Positions 34,859 to 47,191 of a stretch of DNA of 64,000 nucleotides are shown here, in pieces. Numbering within the stretch: the stretch's first letter is position 1; the number at the start of each line of letters is the position of its first letter. The stretch is from assembly GCA_029717555.1 (NCBI GenBank), contig JAMDHS010000003.1, positions 248,001-312,000 on the forward strand. Direction: 5' to 3'. A program made the position numbers and the translations under genes. Under the pieces are notes generated by a model. That model saw only the letters and a program-made list of their open reading frames with translations. It ran no database searches and was not told the origin of the DNA. The DNA is from Peribolospora baueri (taxonomy: Eukaryota).

Positions 34859-37314
34859 TCATTGCCTCCTCGACCATCCCCCGTCGCGGTCACGCTCTCT
34901 CCTCCCAAAGTCGTTTCCCTGATGCCCCGCTCGTCGACCGTCGAGGCGGTGATGTCGTCGATCGCCAAACCTGTTACCCCCACTCTCCCTCGCTTTCCTA
35001 TTGCTGCCGCTGGCACCCATGCTGCCCGGCGCGTCCCTGGCACGGGCAGCCTCCTCCCTCGGATCGAGCACCTCGTACTCGTCAGCGGTGTGCTGGTCCT
35101 CGTTCGCAGAGGAACGAAAGGTGAGTCGGTGACCGAGCCAGCTTCCGGAATTGTCGTCAAACTCGCTCTCCTCCGCTCCTTCGGCCGCCAAAGTCCCTTC
35201 CCCGTTTTCTCTTCCTCCTCGCGCTGACGCAGACGCGCGCGTCTCGCCTTCATTGCCCTCTTCGGCAGCTCGGACGCGAGACTGGAACCTCTTCAACTGC
35301 GCCATGACGTCGTCGTCATCCTTTCCTCTTCTTTTCCGAGATGGTCCTTCCCCCTTGCGGCTGTTGGCCAGATACTTTCGACGCTGCTCCTCCAGCAAAG
35401 AAGCACCTTTGCCCTTCTTTTTGTTGTCGCTGACGCTAGGCGGCGAGCCGGACCGGCGCGTAAGAGATCGGATAGACGCTTCGAGGGACTGAATCTGTGA
35501 AGCGGTGCTACACACGAGAAAATCCAAGGCAAGTCGCTTGTATCTTCAGCAATGCGCCAACGATCGAAGGCGGTCCGAAACGGAGTCTCACCTGTCGGCA
35601 CCAGCTTTGGCATGCTTTTCTCTGATCCCGACCAGAGATAGCTCCTCCCCATCGTCCTGCTTCACCCTCTTGCGCTTCTTCTTCCCCTCTCCGCCTGATC
35701 CATTGTCAGGCCCATCCACCCCTGCTACCGTTTCCACTGGTTCTCGCGATGCGGACTGACGGAGGGAGTAGGAAATCGTGCATGCAGTGTGAGCTGACCT
35801 GGCACAAGTGATTGTATGAGGGCTCGCGAACGCACCGCCTCACCTTTGTTTCCCGATTGCTTTGCGCGGATTTGTTTCGCTTCGGCTCATCCCGCGCATG
35901 CATAAGTGGAGGGCTGGACAAATTGGGAGTAGACTCGGCTACCTCCTTTCGCAACCTCTTGTCATTCAGAAGGTCGTGACTGCTCTTCGGACCTTTGAAC
36001 GCATTTGAAACATCCTCCGGCGTCTCCTCCGCCTCTCCAAACGAAAGCAGCGCCGTATTTCTGTACGTGTGGAAGAAATCGGGGGGAAAGCAAACGGCTG
36101 AGACGCCACTCCTTGCTGAGCCGGTATGTGAGGAGACGCGGATCCCTCTGCGACTCACTTCTTGACCTTTTTTCGCTCCACGGCGTCCTTCCTCCTCTGC
36201 GCCGCTTCTCGTTTCGCCCTCTCCTGCTCGAGTTTCTCCTCCCTCGTGATCCTCGGTACAATATCATCAAAGGGGTTGCTCAGTACTTGCACGCTTGTGA
36301 TTCTGGGCGGGTACACCGGACGTTCGGGGTCCTCCGTGGAAAGCTCGACATTGGCAATCGCAAGCATGTTAAAAATCGTGTTGCCCACCTGTTCAAAAGA
36401 GATTTAAGGGAGTGCTCAGCAAAAGCGCGCGGCGCCGAAAGCATGAAAACGGATGTGATTGTTCACCACGCGGCCGAACAAAGTGTGCTTCTGGTATAGC
36501 TCCGGAGCCGCATCTAGCGTGAACTGATCGCAGAGATCAATACAAAAACAATCATACGTTGTCAACACGACAGAGGACTGGAGCGATGGGGAGATGTAAG
36601 ATGGTGGGACCCACGAAGAACTGGCTGTCGTTGCTGTTCCTCTCGCCAGCGTTAGCCATGGCGAGCAGACCACGCCGGCTAAATCGGAGTCGCTGGTGGA
36701 ACTCGTCCTCAAACGGCTCCCCGTAAACAGATTCGCCTTGAAACGCGTAAAGAGTGCAGCGCGTGCAGAGGTTGAGCAGTTCAGGCGCCTAAGCAGAAAA
36801 CATGTTTATGCGTGGCAAGAGGGTGCTCACCACCGGCGCCGGTCCCCGTCGGGTCTCCCGTCTGAACGCAAAACCCTGGCACCACCCTGTGAAACATACA
36901 GCCGTCATAGTAACCTTCGAGGGCGAGGGCAATGATGTTTCTGCATGCTTTGGGCGCTTCCTGGTTTCAGATTTCGAATGAGGAGGGCAATGAGTGAGAG
37001 CTGACAGACTGCCCGGGACACCAAATAGAACGCTCACCTTCGACCACAGCTCAACCTCTATGTCACCGACCGTGGTCTTACTGGCAAAAATAAATGAACA
37101 TGCTATCAACACTTGACAGGGCGCGCTCGAACCAGGTAATCTTTGCTCACATTAGGATCTTGCCGTCCGTCGGCGGCTCGGTGATGTACACGTCTGCGCG
37201 AAACAGCAAAATTGAAGACAGAAAACCACCACCATCAGCGCTCTCTCCTTCTCGCGCATGCGCACCTGTACGGCCGTCCCACCCCTGGCAAGTACATGCA
37301 TACTCACTTGACAT
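34859..37314 (-). CDS. CWC27: Spliceosome-associated cyclophilin Cwc27, many exons
   Basis: [101 protein letters not shown]. Confidence 0.93.
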
Positions 37315-37527
37315 GGTCGACGAAGGCTGCCGCCGAACGAAATGCAGAGTTGACCTGATCGCATGTTGCTTGGTGGACGGCCGGCGCACGTGACGTGACC
37401 CTTCCCGGCTATGGCCGCCTGCCCCCGCCGTGGCCCGAGCGCCGTTCTTCTCCCCTCGTAATGGCTAGGGCACTGCTTGGAGTGTGCTCTCGAGTGAACG
37501 CACTGCCTGCCGTTCGCCGTCAGGGGA

Positions 37528-39435
37528 ATGGACCACTCCCCTTCGACTGATTCTCGGCCCAGGCTCGTCAGCGATAGAATTTCCGGGCTGCTGAAATGGA
37601 TCGATGACAATGGCGTGTACCGGGACCCGCGCCTCGACGTTCGGCCTATGGAGGAGGACTGCACGCAGTTGCACGTCGTAGCGACCGACGCCATCCCCCC
37701 GCAGACTGTAGGTAAGCGCTGTAGCGATTTGCAGAGGGAAAGGAAAAAAAAAATTGTCTGAGTGTCAGTATTTGACCCTCACTCTCTTCCCATTTTCAGT
37801 CTGCCGGATCCCCAAATCCATTCTGCTTTCTGTCCGCAACTGTTCCATCTCGGATCACCTAACGACGCAGCTGGCCCCTCATCCCTCGCAGTCCGACGAA
37901 CCCTCTCACTCGCGCACAAACCATCTTTTCCTGCTCTCCCTGGCGCTCTACCATGAGCAGAGGATAGGACCCAAGTCGCGATGGTACGGATACCTTAAGT
38001 CTCTGCCCGCACATGGGGTCAGCCTGCCTGTGGGTTGGGAAGAAGGAAGCGAGGAAGCGGCGTGGATAAAGGGTACGGAGGTACAACGGAGGCTGGCTTG
38101 TCAGGAGGGAGGGACGGGCGCAGACTCTGGTTCTATAGGAGAGGAGACTGCTGGGGTCATAGACGAGCCCCTTGACGCTCTGAGAACCACGATGGTGAGT
38201 CTGGCTTATCGGTCGATCGTGGAACGCCTTCATCGGGCTGACTTTCGGATGTGCGTTCCGTCCAGAACGACCTACGAAGCTTCTTCTCCAACACTGTCGT
38301 CCCTTTACTTCGTACAGTTGGCCCAACGCCTCCTCCTCCTTTATTCCGGGAGTTTTATCGGTCCTACACGCTCGTCTCGTCAAGGACGTTCCAGGTGGAC
38401 GTGTATCACAGGCTCGCGCTTGTCCCGTTCGCAGATCTGTGAGTGGATCTTCGGTTTCGTCTACAGTGACCATCCCTAAACAAGCAACTATCTTTTTTTT
38501 ACCCCTTCCTAGCTTCAACCACAACGAAACGCACAACATTCATTTCGAGACCGACTCGTTCGTATGTCCCGTCTGCGGCTCGCTTTTCGAGTGTCCACAC
38601 GACGCCGACTCAGAAGAAGAAGGACCGAAAAGGACGGAGCGGGCACAAAAGCGGTTCGTCGAACCCGACGCTCCCAAAGTGGCCTCCTCCCTCTCTTCCT
38701 CCTCCCTTTCGGAAGCTTCTCCCAACCCGCACCCACCGGAAGAGGAGGCTCCGGACACATGTGATTTGGTCACCGACACACCCATCGGGCCAGGAGAGGA
38801 GGTGTTCAACAGCTACGGCAGTCTGAGCAACGCGAGCTTGCTGGAGGAGTACGGCTACGTGCTCGAGGCGCCTACGGAATGGGACCGGGTGCGGTGGACG
38901 TGGTCGGAGGTATGGAGACTCGCCTCTGCCTCGTCCGCCTCCACGCCCGTGTGCGGGGGTACGAAGGAAGAAGAAGAAAGGGTGAAGGGAAAGTGGAAGG
39001 CCGTCTGGGCCCCGCGCTTGCGACATGCACTTTATCACTGGTCTTCCTTCCGCCGCGACGGAGATGGATCGACGAGCGAAGGCAGAAGCGGAGGCGAGGC
39101 GTTCGGCCAACCAGAACAAGAGGATGAAGACGCACTTCTCGTCCTGCCCATGCCTCATCCGACCGGCCCAGTGGACGATGACGACCTTACCCATCCCCTT
39201 TTCGTCGACGCAGATGCGCGCATGTCACGGGCGCTCTGGGACGTGTGCGTCTTGTCCTGCGAGGCCGCCGCCGCCGTCGTCGTCGGCGGCGGCGCAGATG
39301 ACGCTGAAACAGAAGCGCACAAGGAGGAGGAGGAGGAAGAGTCGGCGGGAGGAGGCAGGCGCGGGAGTCTCTCATCGAGAGACTTGGACGATCTGGCGGA
39401 AAGTGCGCAACGGCTAAGCTCGCAGCTCGGCGATA

Positions 39436-39481
<46 letters not shown>

Positions 39482-39957
39482 CGGGTCGGACGAGAGCGAG
39501 GTGGACGAGTCCGGCACCACCACGGCGACGACGACGATTCCCCCCTCGCACAGAAAGCTCCTCGCCTCGGCCGCAAGTGTTGCGGTAAAGATATGCCGCG
39601 CCAGACGAGCGGACATGCACCGGCCAGAGCTGGAGACCAGAAGCTCGCTCCTGGACCTGATCGACGTGAGTAAAAAAAGGAGTCAGTCGTCAGGCGCCGC
39701 CACTCGCTCGCCCCCTGTCGATCTATCTATCTATCTGACCTCCCCATCCGACGCGTTCGTTTACACACCCTCCTCCTCCATCTCCACTCCGTCCTCAGAG
39801 GACACACTCGCCAGCTCTCAAAGCGGCCATGACACACGCCTACCAAGAGCGCGTCGCTCTTGAGATCTGCGCTTCGCGATTCGAGCGCTTGCGCCTCGCC
39901 CTCGACGCAACACTACGGGGCAAGGTCGATGCTGCCTGCGCACCTTCCGTTGACTAA
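37528..39957 (+). CDS. SET-domain (Rkm/SETD6-like) lysine methyltransferase, about 5 exons
   Basis: CRIPKSILLS, SRWYGYLKSLP, VSSRTFQVD..LVPFADLFNH, GEEVFNSYGSLSNASLLEEYGY. The last exon ends PSVD* at 39957. Confidence 0.87.
39433..39482 (+). repeat. (GAT)n coding microsatellite (poly-Asp)
   Basis: About 15 GAT units within the SET gene exon. Confidence 0.9.
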
Positions 39958-40218
39958 GGAAGCGCTGCACAGGAGACCGCCACCTCTCAGTCAAGTCGGC
40001 CGCATCACGTGGTCGTCAGGCTTCGGCTAGGGTGGCACGCCGTGTACGGGAGTACGTCACTCAATGCATGCATACATATTTTTTCCATCTCGACGCGAAG
40101 GAACTGATCAGTTGCAGTTCTGGAGTCTACCGAGAAACAAAACTGGACGTGGGGAAGAGCGGAAGAAAGGGTGCCGCCCATGGCTTCTTCTAGATCACCT
40201 CGCGTGATGGCGGAGCGC

Positions 40219-41646
40219 TTAACCGATGACGAGCTTGCCTGTACGCAGAAAAAAACCGACGGAAGAGCATGGTCCATCAGCTCACAAAGTACCTAGAAAC
40301 GTACAGTCAACAGTTCGCTCCACGAAAATTGGACTGACCTTCGTCGTCGTTGAAGTCATACTCGGGCACCTCGAGGTTAAGTGGAGCGGGTCCTTGACGG
40401 ATACGGCCAGCTGAGGGAAGGACCATGGGCATAAGTGAGAAGAGCGATGTCAGCATAAAGAAAACCTTCACCAAGGATTCGGGAGGGAACAAGTTTCTCA
40501 CAGATGTCGTAGTGAGAGCCGTGACACGGGCAGTACCATCCACCTGGAAAATGGAGAAAATCAATAAAAAACCAGAGGGGCTTTCCGTATAGAAGACGTC
40601 CAGAGAAATGGCAAAGACTTAAATCGACGACTCACCGTAGTCACCAGCCTCGCCGATGGGGACACATCCGAGGTGAGTGCAGACGCCTGGAACAGAAACA
40701 AACAAAATCCGTCAGCTCCCGATCGCCGGAGAGGTAAGTGCGAAGAAATGAAAAAAGTCTGATCGATCGACGGCCATGGCCGCACCGTCACCCACCGAGC
40801 ATGACGAGCCACTCGGGCCTCTTAGTCCTGTCCGAGTCCGCCTGGGGGTCCCTCAGCGCCTTGACGTCGACCGAGTTGGCCTCTTCAATCTCGGCCTGGG
40901 TACGGTGCCGGATGAAGACGGGCTTGCCGCGCCACTTGATGATGACGTTCTTGCCCTCGGGGATCGAAGCCATTTCGACCTCTGCCTTTGCGAGGGCGAG
41001 CACGTCGGCGGAGGCGGACATGTTGGCGAGGAAGTCGGACACGGTTGCCTTTGCGCCCGAGGCGGCAATGAGACCCATGGATCCGACCATGAAGTAGGAG
41101 AAAGTGCGGTTAGACTCCTTGCTCGAGGCTCGGTAGGCCGCGAAGTTGGGAACTCCAGTCGTGGGGTCCCGATCGGCGCGGGTGGCAGGGGTGGAGGAGA
41201 TGAACCGACGCTGGTTCAAGCCCGAGACGGGGGCTGAGCGGGACGAGAGGAGGAGAGGGCAGCAAAGAAGGGTAACAAAAAAGAGAGCAGTGTTGTGATT
41301 TTAATGAGCTCAAGAGAGGACGAGGACGGCGGGAGACGCACTCCGACGTTGCGAAACACATGAGACGGCCAACAAGCTCCGATGGCACAGAAGACGAGGA
41401 GGACGCACCGTTGACGGCCGTCTTGCTGGCCAGCAGACCGGTCTGCTGGACATGAGCGCGGCTGGCCCAAGAAGGGACGTGGTGGACGTCGGCGCGGGGG
41501 CCGTGGTGGTGGAGAGGGTCAGCAGGGGCGCGAGCGGCCCAGTTAAGGCCGGGCGCGAGGGGCACCCCGGAGGGAGAGGAGGCGACGGAAGGCACGAGGT
41601 TAACGGCCTTGCGGGAGGCGGCGAGACGAGCCGCTGGGAGGGCCAT
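40219..41646 (-). CDS. RIP1: Cytochrome bc1 Rieske iron-sulfur protein, 6 exons
   Basis: [70 protein letters not shown], KLVIG*. Confidence 0.98.
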
Positions 41647-42275
41647 CCTTGCTGGAGAAGGGGAGGACGCTATGGGAAGGAATGGAGGGATCGGGGATCG
41701 ATGGGCGGTGACAAGGGCCGTTAGAAGTCGCTCCCTCCGTCCATCCACCGACGGCGACGGCCGGAGCAGGCGTGCGCGCATCCGAGGTGACGTGCGCGAG
41801 GACCCTCTCGCGCGCGTACCGGAGTCACTCACGTGCCTGTTTCCTGCCCATAATCGGCCCACTTTACTTCCGGCCACCATGTCCTTCCTTGATATGACGA
41901 CGGGCGCAAAAGTCCACCGTCGTCGCCGTCGTGAGCGTCTCTGCGATGGATGGCTCCGAGAAGCGCGGATAGCTCGCTCATGACCGAAGGGAAGGGGAGA
42001 GGACGAGGTATCTTCCACTCTCGCTCTCCGTCCATGCCCCCCTCTGCTTGTCTTTTGCGAGCCCGAGCCCGCTCCACGATGTGCATATCCTGGGCAGCCA
42101 GCCAGCCATGCCGACCCCGTCTAATCAGATATGAGCCGTGACCGACTCGCCACTTCTCACCTTTCTTCCCCTTCCTTGCTTCCATCTCCGTCCCGCCCTT
42201 TTTCACCCAGCTCGTCCTTCTTCAATTCCTGCCCTCCTCGCCCCCCCGTCTCCCTCGCAAGGACGCGGCGGACAG

Positions 42276-44409
42276 ATGATCAGCACTGCCCTCGTCCCCG
42301 CCCTCCTCCCTCCGCTCCGGCTCGTGGCTTCTAAGACTACCTTGCCACGGTCGTTTGGCGTGCGAGCCTTAGGAGCATGTACGTGCGCCCCGTTCCAACG
42401 GCGGCCGCTCGCTCGCGAGCGCCCATCACCGCTCTCCACCAGCCGAGCCACATCGCCTCCTTCTCCTTCGTTTTCCACTCCCTCGGTGCGCGTTCGATGG
42501 GTCAACACGGCCACACAGAGGGCTGCCGACAGCCTCGGCAAAGGCGTGCAGAGCAAGGCACCCAGCAGCTCGTCTCCAGATGAACGCTCCTCCGTGCCGC
42601 CGGAGAGCGATGAGAAAGGTGCGCGTGGAAAGGAGCGATCGCCGCCCAGGAGGAGAAGGACGGCGGCTCTGTTTCTTCTCTCATCCATTTCGGCCTTTTT
42701 GGCGATACGATGCGCTCCTCCCCGTCTTCCCAGGTCATCTGGAGTTCACGGAGGCCTCTCTCTTCAAGCTCACTCTCCCTCTAGCCGCCCTCTACGGCAA
42801 TGTCGCTCCCTCTTCCACTTCTACAGTCGGCACCGGCAACGGCCGTGTCCCAAGTCAAGATAGAGAGGGGGACGACCTTCAATCTGTCGTCTTCCTCCTC
42901 CATCCCGGTCAACCGCTCTCTTACGTCCAGTCCCTCATCCGCACCGAGGTACCTTTCTCGCCAGCCTCTTCCTCCACGACCGCCTTCTCTGCCCCACCCG
43001 ACTCCGCACACGGCTCCAGCTCTGACCCCGCAGGACTGAGCCGATCCTCCGTCCGCGAAGGGAGGGGGTCGGACGACATTCTCTTCCTGGCCAATAAGGG
43101 GGACGAGGTGCGATGGAGCGCCAGCACGGGCATTGGCGACTTTTTGAGAGAGGCAGCCAGGCTTTCCGAGTTTGTCATTAGGGTGCGCGGCAAAGACATT
43201 CGGGTCAGGGTCCCTACCTTTGATGGTGAGCGCCCACCCCGACTACGCTGATTTGCCTCTTCTCCTCTCCTTCCACGGTTGCATTGATCACGGCGGATTC
43301 GGTCGTACTCCTCTTGGACCTCGCTCGACTCGCAGACCGAACGCGCTATCTACGAAGCGAACTAGCGTTCAACGTTCGCGAGATCGAGCGTTTGCTGAAG
43401 ATCAAGAACGAGTGCGACGTCCAGGCCAACCGGTCTACGCAGCGATACGCCATCGCCGGTTTTGGCGCGCTCGCAGCTTGGTGGAGCACCGTGGCTTACA
43501 TGACTTTTTGGACCAAAATGGGATGGTGAGCGTCTCACCGAGGCGGAGGATACTTCGTACTGCGCGTTTCGTGGCCACCTTCTCTTTTTACTCAAGCCGA
43601 CGCTCTCTTCGTTTTTTCGACTCCAGGGACATCATGGAACCCATTTCCTATTTGACCTCGCTGACGACCGGTGAGTCTCGTCCTGACGGCGCGCGACGGC
43701 GACACGACACGAGCTCTTGAACCTTTTCCGTTTTCCGTCACCGCCCTCGCAGTCATGGCCGGTTACCTCTGGTTCTTGGTGAGCGGCTTTGCTCCTTGAC
43801 GATCAGGTCGACTGCGATAAAACGGCGCTGATATTTTTCGTTTACCGCCTCTTCTTTGGTTTCCCCGATTGACAGTGGCACAGTGAGTGAAATCGCTTGG
43901 AGAGCCCATCGCCTAAATAAACACGGACGGGCGATCGGTCTGATCTACTTACCTTGACCGTGGGTGGCCTCGTTTTCGGAAGACCGAGAAGTCAGCTACC
44001 GAGCGGTTCTGACGGAGACGACGTCCAAGAGACAGAGGAAGCTGTACGAAGCTAGAGGTGGGCCTTGGCTTTCCGTCTTTTTTCACCTTTGTCCGTCGCA
44101 CAGCTCAACACGCACGCCCTCCACGCCCAAACTTCAGGCTTCAACATGGAACATTACGAGGACGTGATTGGCGAAGCCAAAGACCTCCGCCGGCAGATCG
44201 AGAAGATTGCGCGCGAGTACGACGTGGAGTGGAGACACGACCAGGACATCCTCTCTGGTGGAGGCAAGCTTGCGGGCAACGACAAGGCCGTCGAGGTGGT
44301 CTGGAGGGAGGTGGAGAAGGAGGAGGAAGAGCAAGGGATGCGAGAGAAACGGCACAAAGACGAAGACGAAGGACGGCCGACCAGCTTTTCGGAGTCGCCG
44401 AGACCGTGA
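42276..44409 (+). CDS. MCU: Mitochondrial calcium uniporter, about 8 exons
   Basis: VFLLHPGQPLSY, RWSASTGIGDFLREAA, TM1-W|DIMEP-TM2 selectivity filter, GYLWFLWHNREVSY, RQRKLYEARGF, then a coiled coil. The N-terminus is Arg/Ser-rich and presequence-like. Confidence 0.92.
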
Positions 44410-44909
44410 CCCCATCTCTTCACAGGCATCCCCCTCGAGCTGGCGACGCATCATCGAGCCGCAACCTCCTTGTGTGGCTGCAGGACGGGGGACGAGGTTC
44501 GCATTTCGGTGCGTGACACTTCACCTCTTGACATCATGTCCCTCCCAAGCTCTTTGTTCTTTTCCTTATCCCTACACCGACGTGGACCCCCTTGGCCTGA
44601 TTCGACCTTCGTGTCTCCATTCCCCCTCCCCGCCTCTCCTAACAGAGAAGTCACGGCCTCGACCCACGTCGGATCAGACGAGAGAAGACGTGCGGCCAGT
44701 ACGGGGTACGGGGGTCTACTCAGAATGGGGTTTAAGAAGAAAGCTTATCCGTCGGCAACGGATTGATCACCAGTTCGTCTAAACCCTTCATTCTAAGTCC
44801 CAATGCCCAAAGCCTTGTATCGTTACATAGCCAGGTCGAGCGGCTCATTCTATCTAGTCCTATGTAAGCTCGCCCCACCACCACCACCATCACCTTGGGC
44901 CTCAGTCAG

Positions 44910-46361
44910 TCAGTCAGTCGAGTCGAGCGATACGACCACTTTCTGGGCACTGACGCCGGCCTTGCACGTGTCGATCGCCTTCTGGACCGAGTCGAGGCCG
45001 TGGCCGACGACGAGCGGGTCCGGCTTGGCCTTGAGCGTGCCGTCGGCGAGGGCGGTGGGGATCCAGGTGTGAAAGAGGGTGCGAGCTAGTGCGCTGTCCT
45101 TGGCCAAGACGTTGCCGCCAAAGACGGGCTTGATCACCACGCCCTCTGGCACGCCCGTCGTCGGCGGGTGCGGGCTGGTGACGAGCACGAGGCCAACGTC
45201 ACCGGGGTGGTGGCGGGTGCGGCGTACGACCTCGATCGAGGCGCGCATCGTCGGTTCGTCCCCAATGGCGTCGTACACGCCTACGAGCGAGTCGGCCCCG
45301 CCGCGCTTGCTGACGGCGGCGACGAGGTCGTCAACGACGGACGGCGACGTGTAGTCCAACACCTCGTCCGCGCCCAGCTCGGCCACGTACGCGTGGTTGC
45401 GCTTCGACGCCGTCGCGATCACGTACGCGCCCGCGGCGCGCGCAAGCTGGACGACCAGCGTGCCAACGCTGCTCGATCCGCCCCAGACGACGATCGTCTT
45501 GCCGGACGCGGTGGGCCCGGAACCGGGGATGGGAAGGCCAAACATGTCGTCGGGGAAGAGGCCGACGGCCGCCGTGCAAAACGCCAAGGGGAGCACGGAT
45601 GCCTGGGCGAACGAGACCGAGGAGGGGATGTGGGCGGTGACGAGCTGGGTGGGCATCGAGGGACGAGTTGGAGAAAGGGGAGGTGGCTATTGTTCAGCAG
45701 AACGTCCATCCGTTCATCACGCCATTCTCACACACACGCACTTCAGGGACAATAGTACGGAGTTGGAACCCGCCATGGCGGGGTTGGCCCGTAAACGACG
45801 GAGCAAACGCGACCACACGGTCGCCCTTCTTGAACGCAGTTACATCGTCGCCCGTTTCGACGACGACACCGGCGATGTCGGCACCAAAAAGAACGGGGTA
45901 CCTAATAAGTGTCGGGCAGGGAGGAGAGGGGAACGGAGATGAGAAGATGAGATGGCCATCTAGGCACGTCGACGATCGGCAAAACGACGTACGCCTTGAC
46001 AAAGAGACCGGTGTCTTGGATTTTCCTGTGTGGAAAACGAGCGAAAAGCAAGAGGAGCAGAGAAGAATAGGAAAAAGAAAATGAGGGACAACGACGAAGG
46101 ACGACGTAGGAATGACGAGCGTACCAGTCGACGGGATTGATGGCCGCGGCCTTGTTCTGTTTCAGAGGCGTCGTCGTCAGCACCGTGCACGACAGCACTC
46201 TCCCGTAGTGGGCAGGACAGGGCAAAATGGGGCCAACGTGGGGGCTTCCAACGTACTTGAATCAAAATCTCGCCTTTTCCAGGCTTCCAGTCCTCAGCCG
46301 GGCCGATGGTCAGGGGAGTCTTGAGAGCTGGGAACCACGCTGCGGAGTTGGAGGTAGACAT
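44910..46361 (-). CDS. MDR-family NADPH quinone oxidoreductase / enoyl reductase-like protein
   Basis: AAAINPVDW, YPVLFGADIAGVV..G..V..FKKGDRV, VWGGSSSVG, GADEVLDY, GVSAQKVVV. Confidence 0.9.
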
Positions 46362-47191
46362 GATGATGGTGGCGATCAGAGGGGGTGGTGATGGGTAAAC
46401 AGGTGAAGGAGGCGATGTGAGTAGCTCTGCGATTAGGAACGGGACTGGGTGGAGGACATTGGAGTGTACGCGGGGTGCGAGGACGCAACTGGACGTTTAA
46501 CTGATCAGCGGCAAGCAGATCGGCGTTAACGCGCACGAGACAAGACAAGACAAGACGACACGTAGACCGAGACGGAGACGGTGTCGAGTTGATCCAGGCG
46601 GGACGGCACTGCTGCATCTTCTTCCTTGATTTGCAAGTCCAGTCCGCGCTGGGACGTCGTCGCACCCGAACCGACGCTACGGCCGAGTAACGGATTATAG
46701 ACGCTGGGAACGCGGCACTCTGCCTTTCGGACGCCGAGGCCGACGATCGATCGATCGCATCCGATCGGATCGGTGAACGGCTGGCTGGTTGGGTACCGAA
46801 CGCCGACACGGACAGACAGACGCTCTCTCCATTCGGCACCAGCGGCCATCCCAAACACATCACACCCACGCACACCCACACAAAGGGGTGGTGGAGTGAA
46901 TGGGTCAAGTGGGGTAAATAACGGAGCGGATTTCCATCTGCGCGTCGTTCGTTCATTCATTCATGCACCCGGAGCGTGAAGCGTGGAAGGAGGATGGAGG
47001 AGGGAAGAGAGATGACGAACCGAACCGAATTGAGCTGAGCATGAACGGAATTGAACTGAGGTCAAAATGGACCGAAACGCCAAACCAAGCGAACCAAGAA
47101 GGGAAGCCGAAAACGAAAACGAAAACAAAGGCAGGGAGTAGATGGATAGATGGATGCGGACGGGACGGAAGATAGGAGAGCGATCTGTCGG

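Noticed and set aside
44900..44925. Stop-codon readthrough to a peroxisomal signal in the MDR gene
   Set aside because: The context is TGA CTG from a (CTGA)n repeat rather than TGA CTA, and no nearby SKL-type end was seen.
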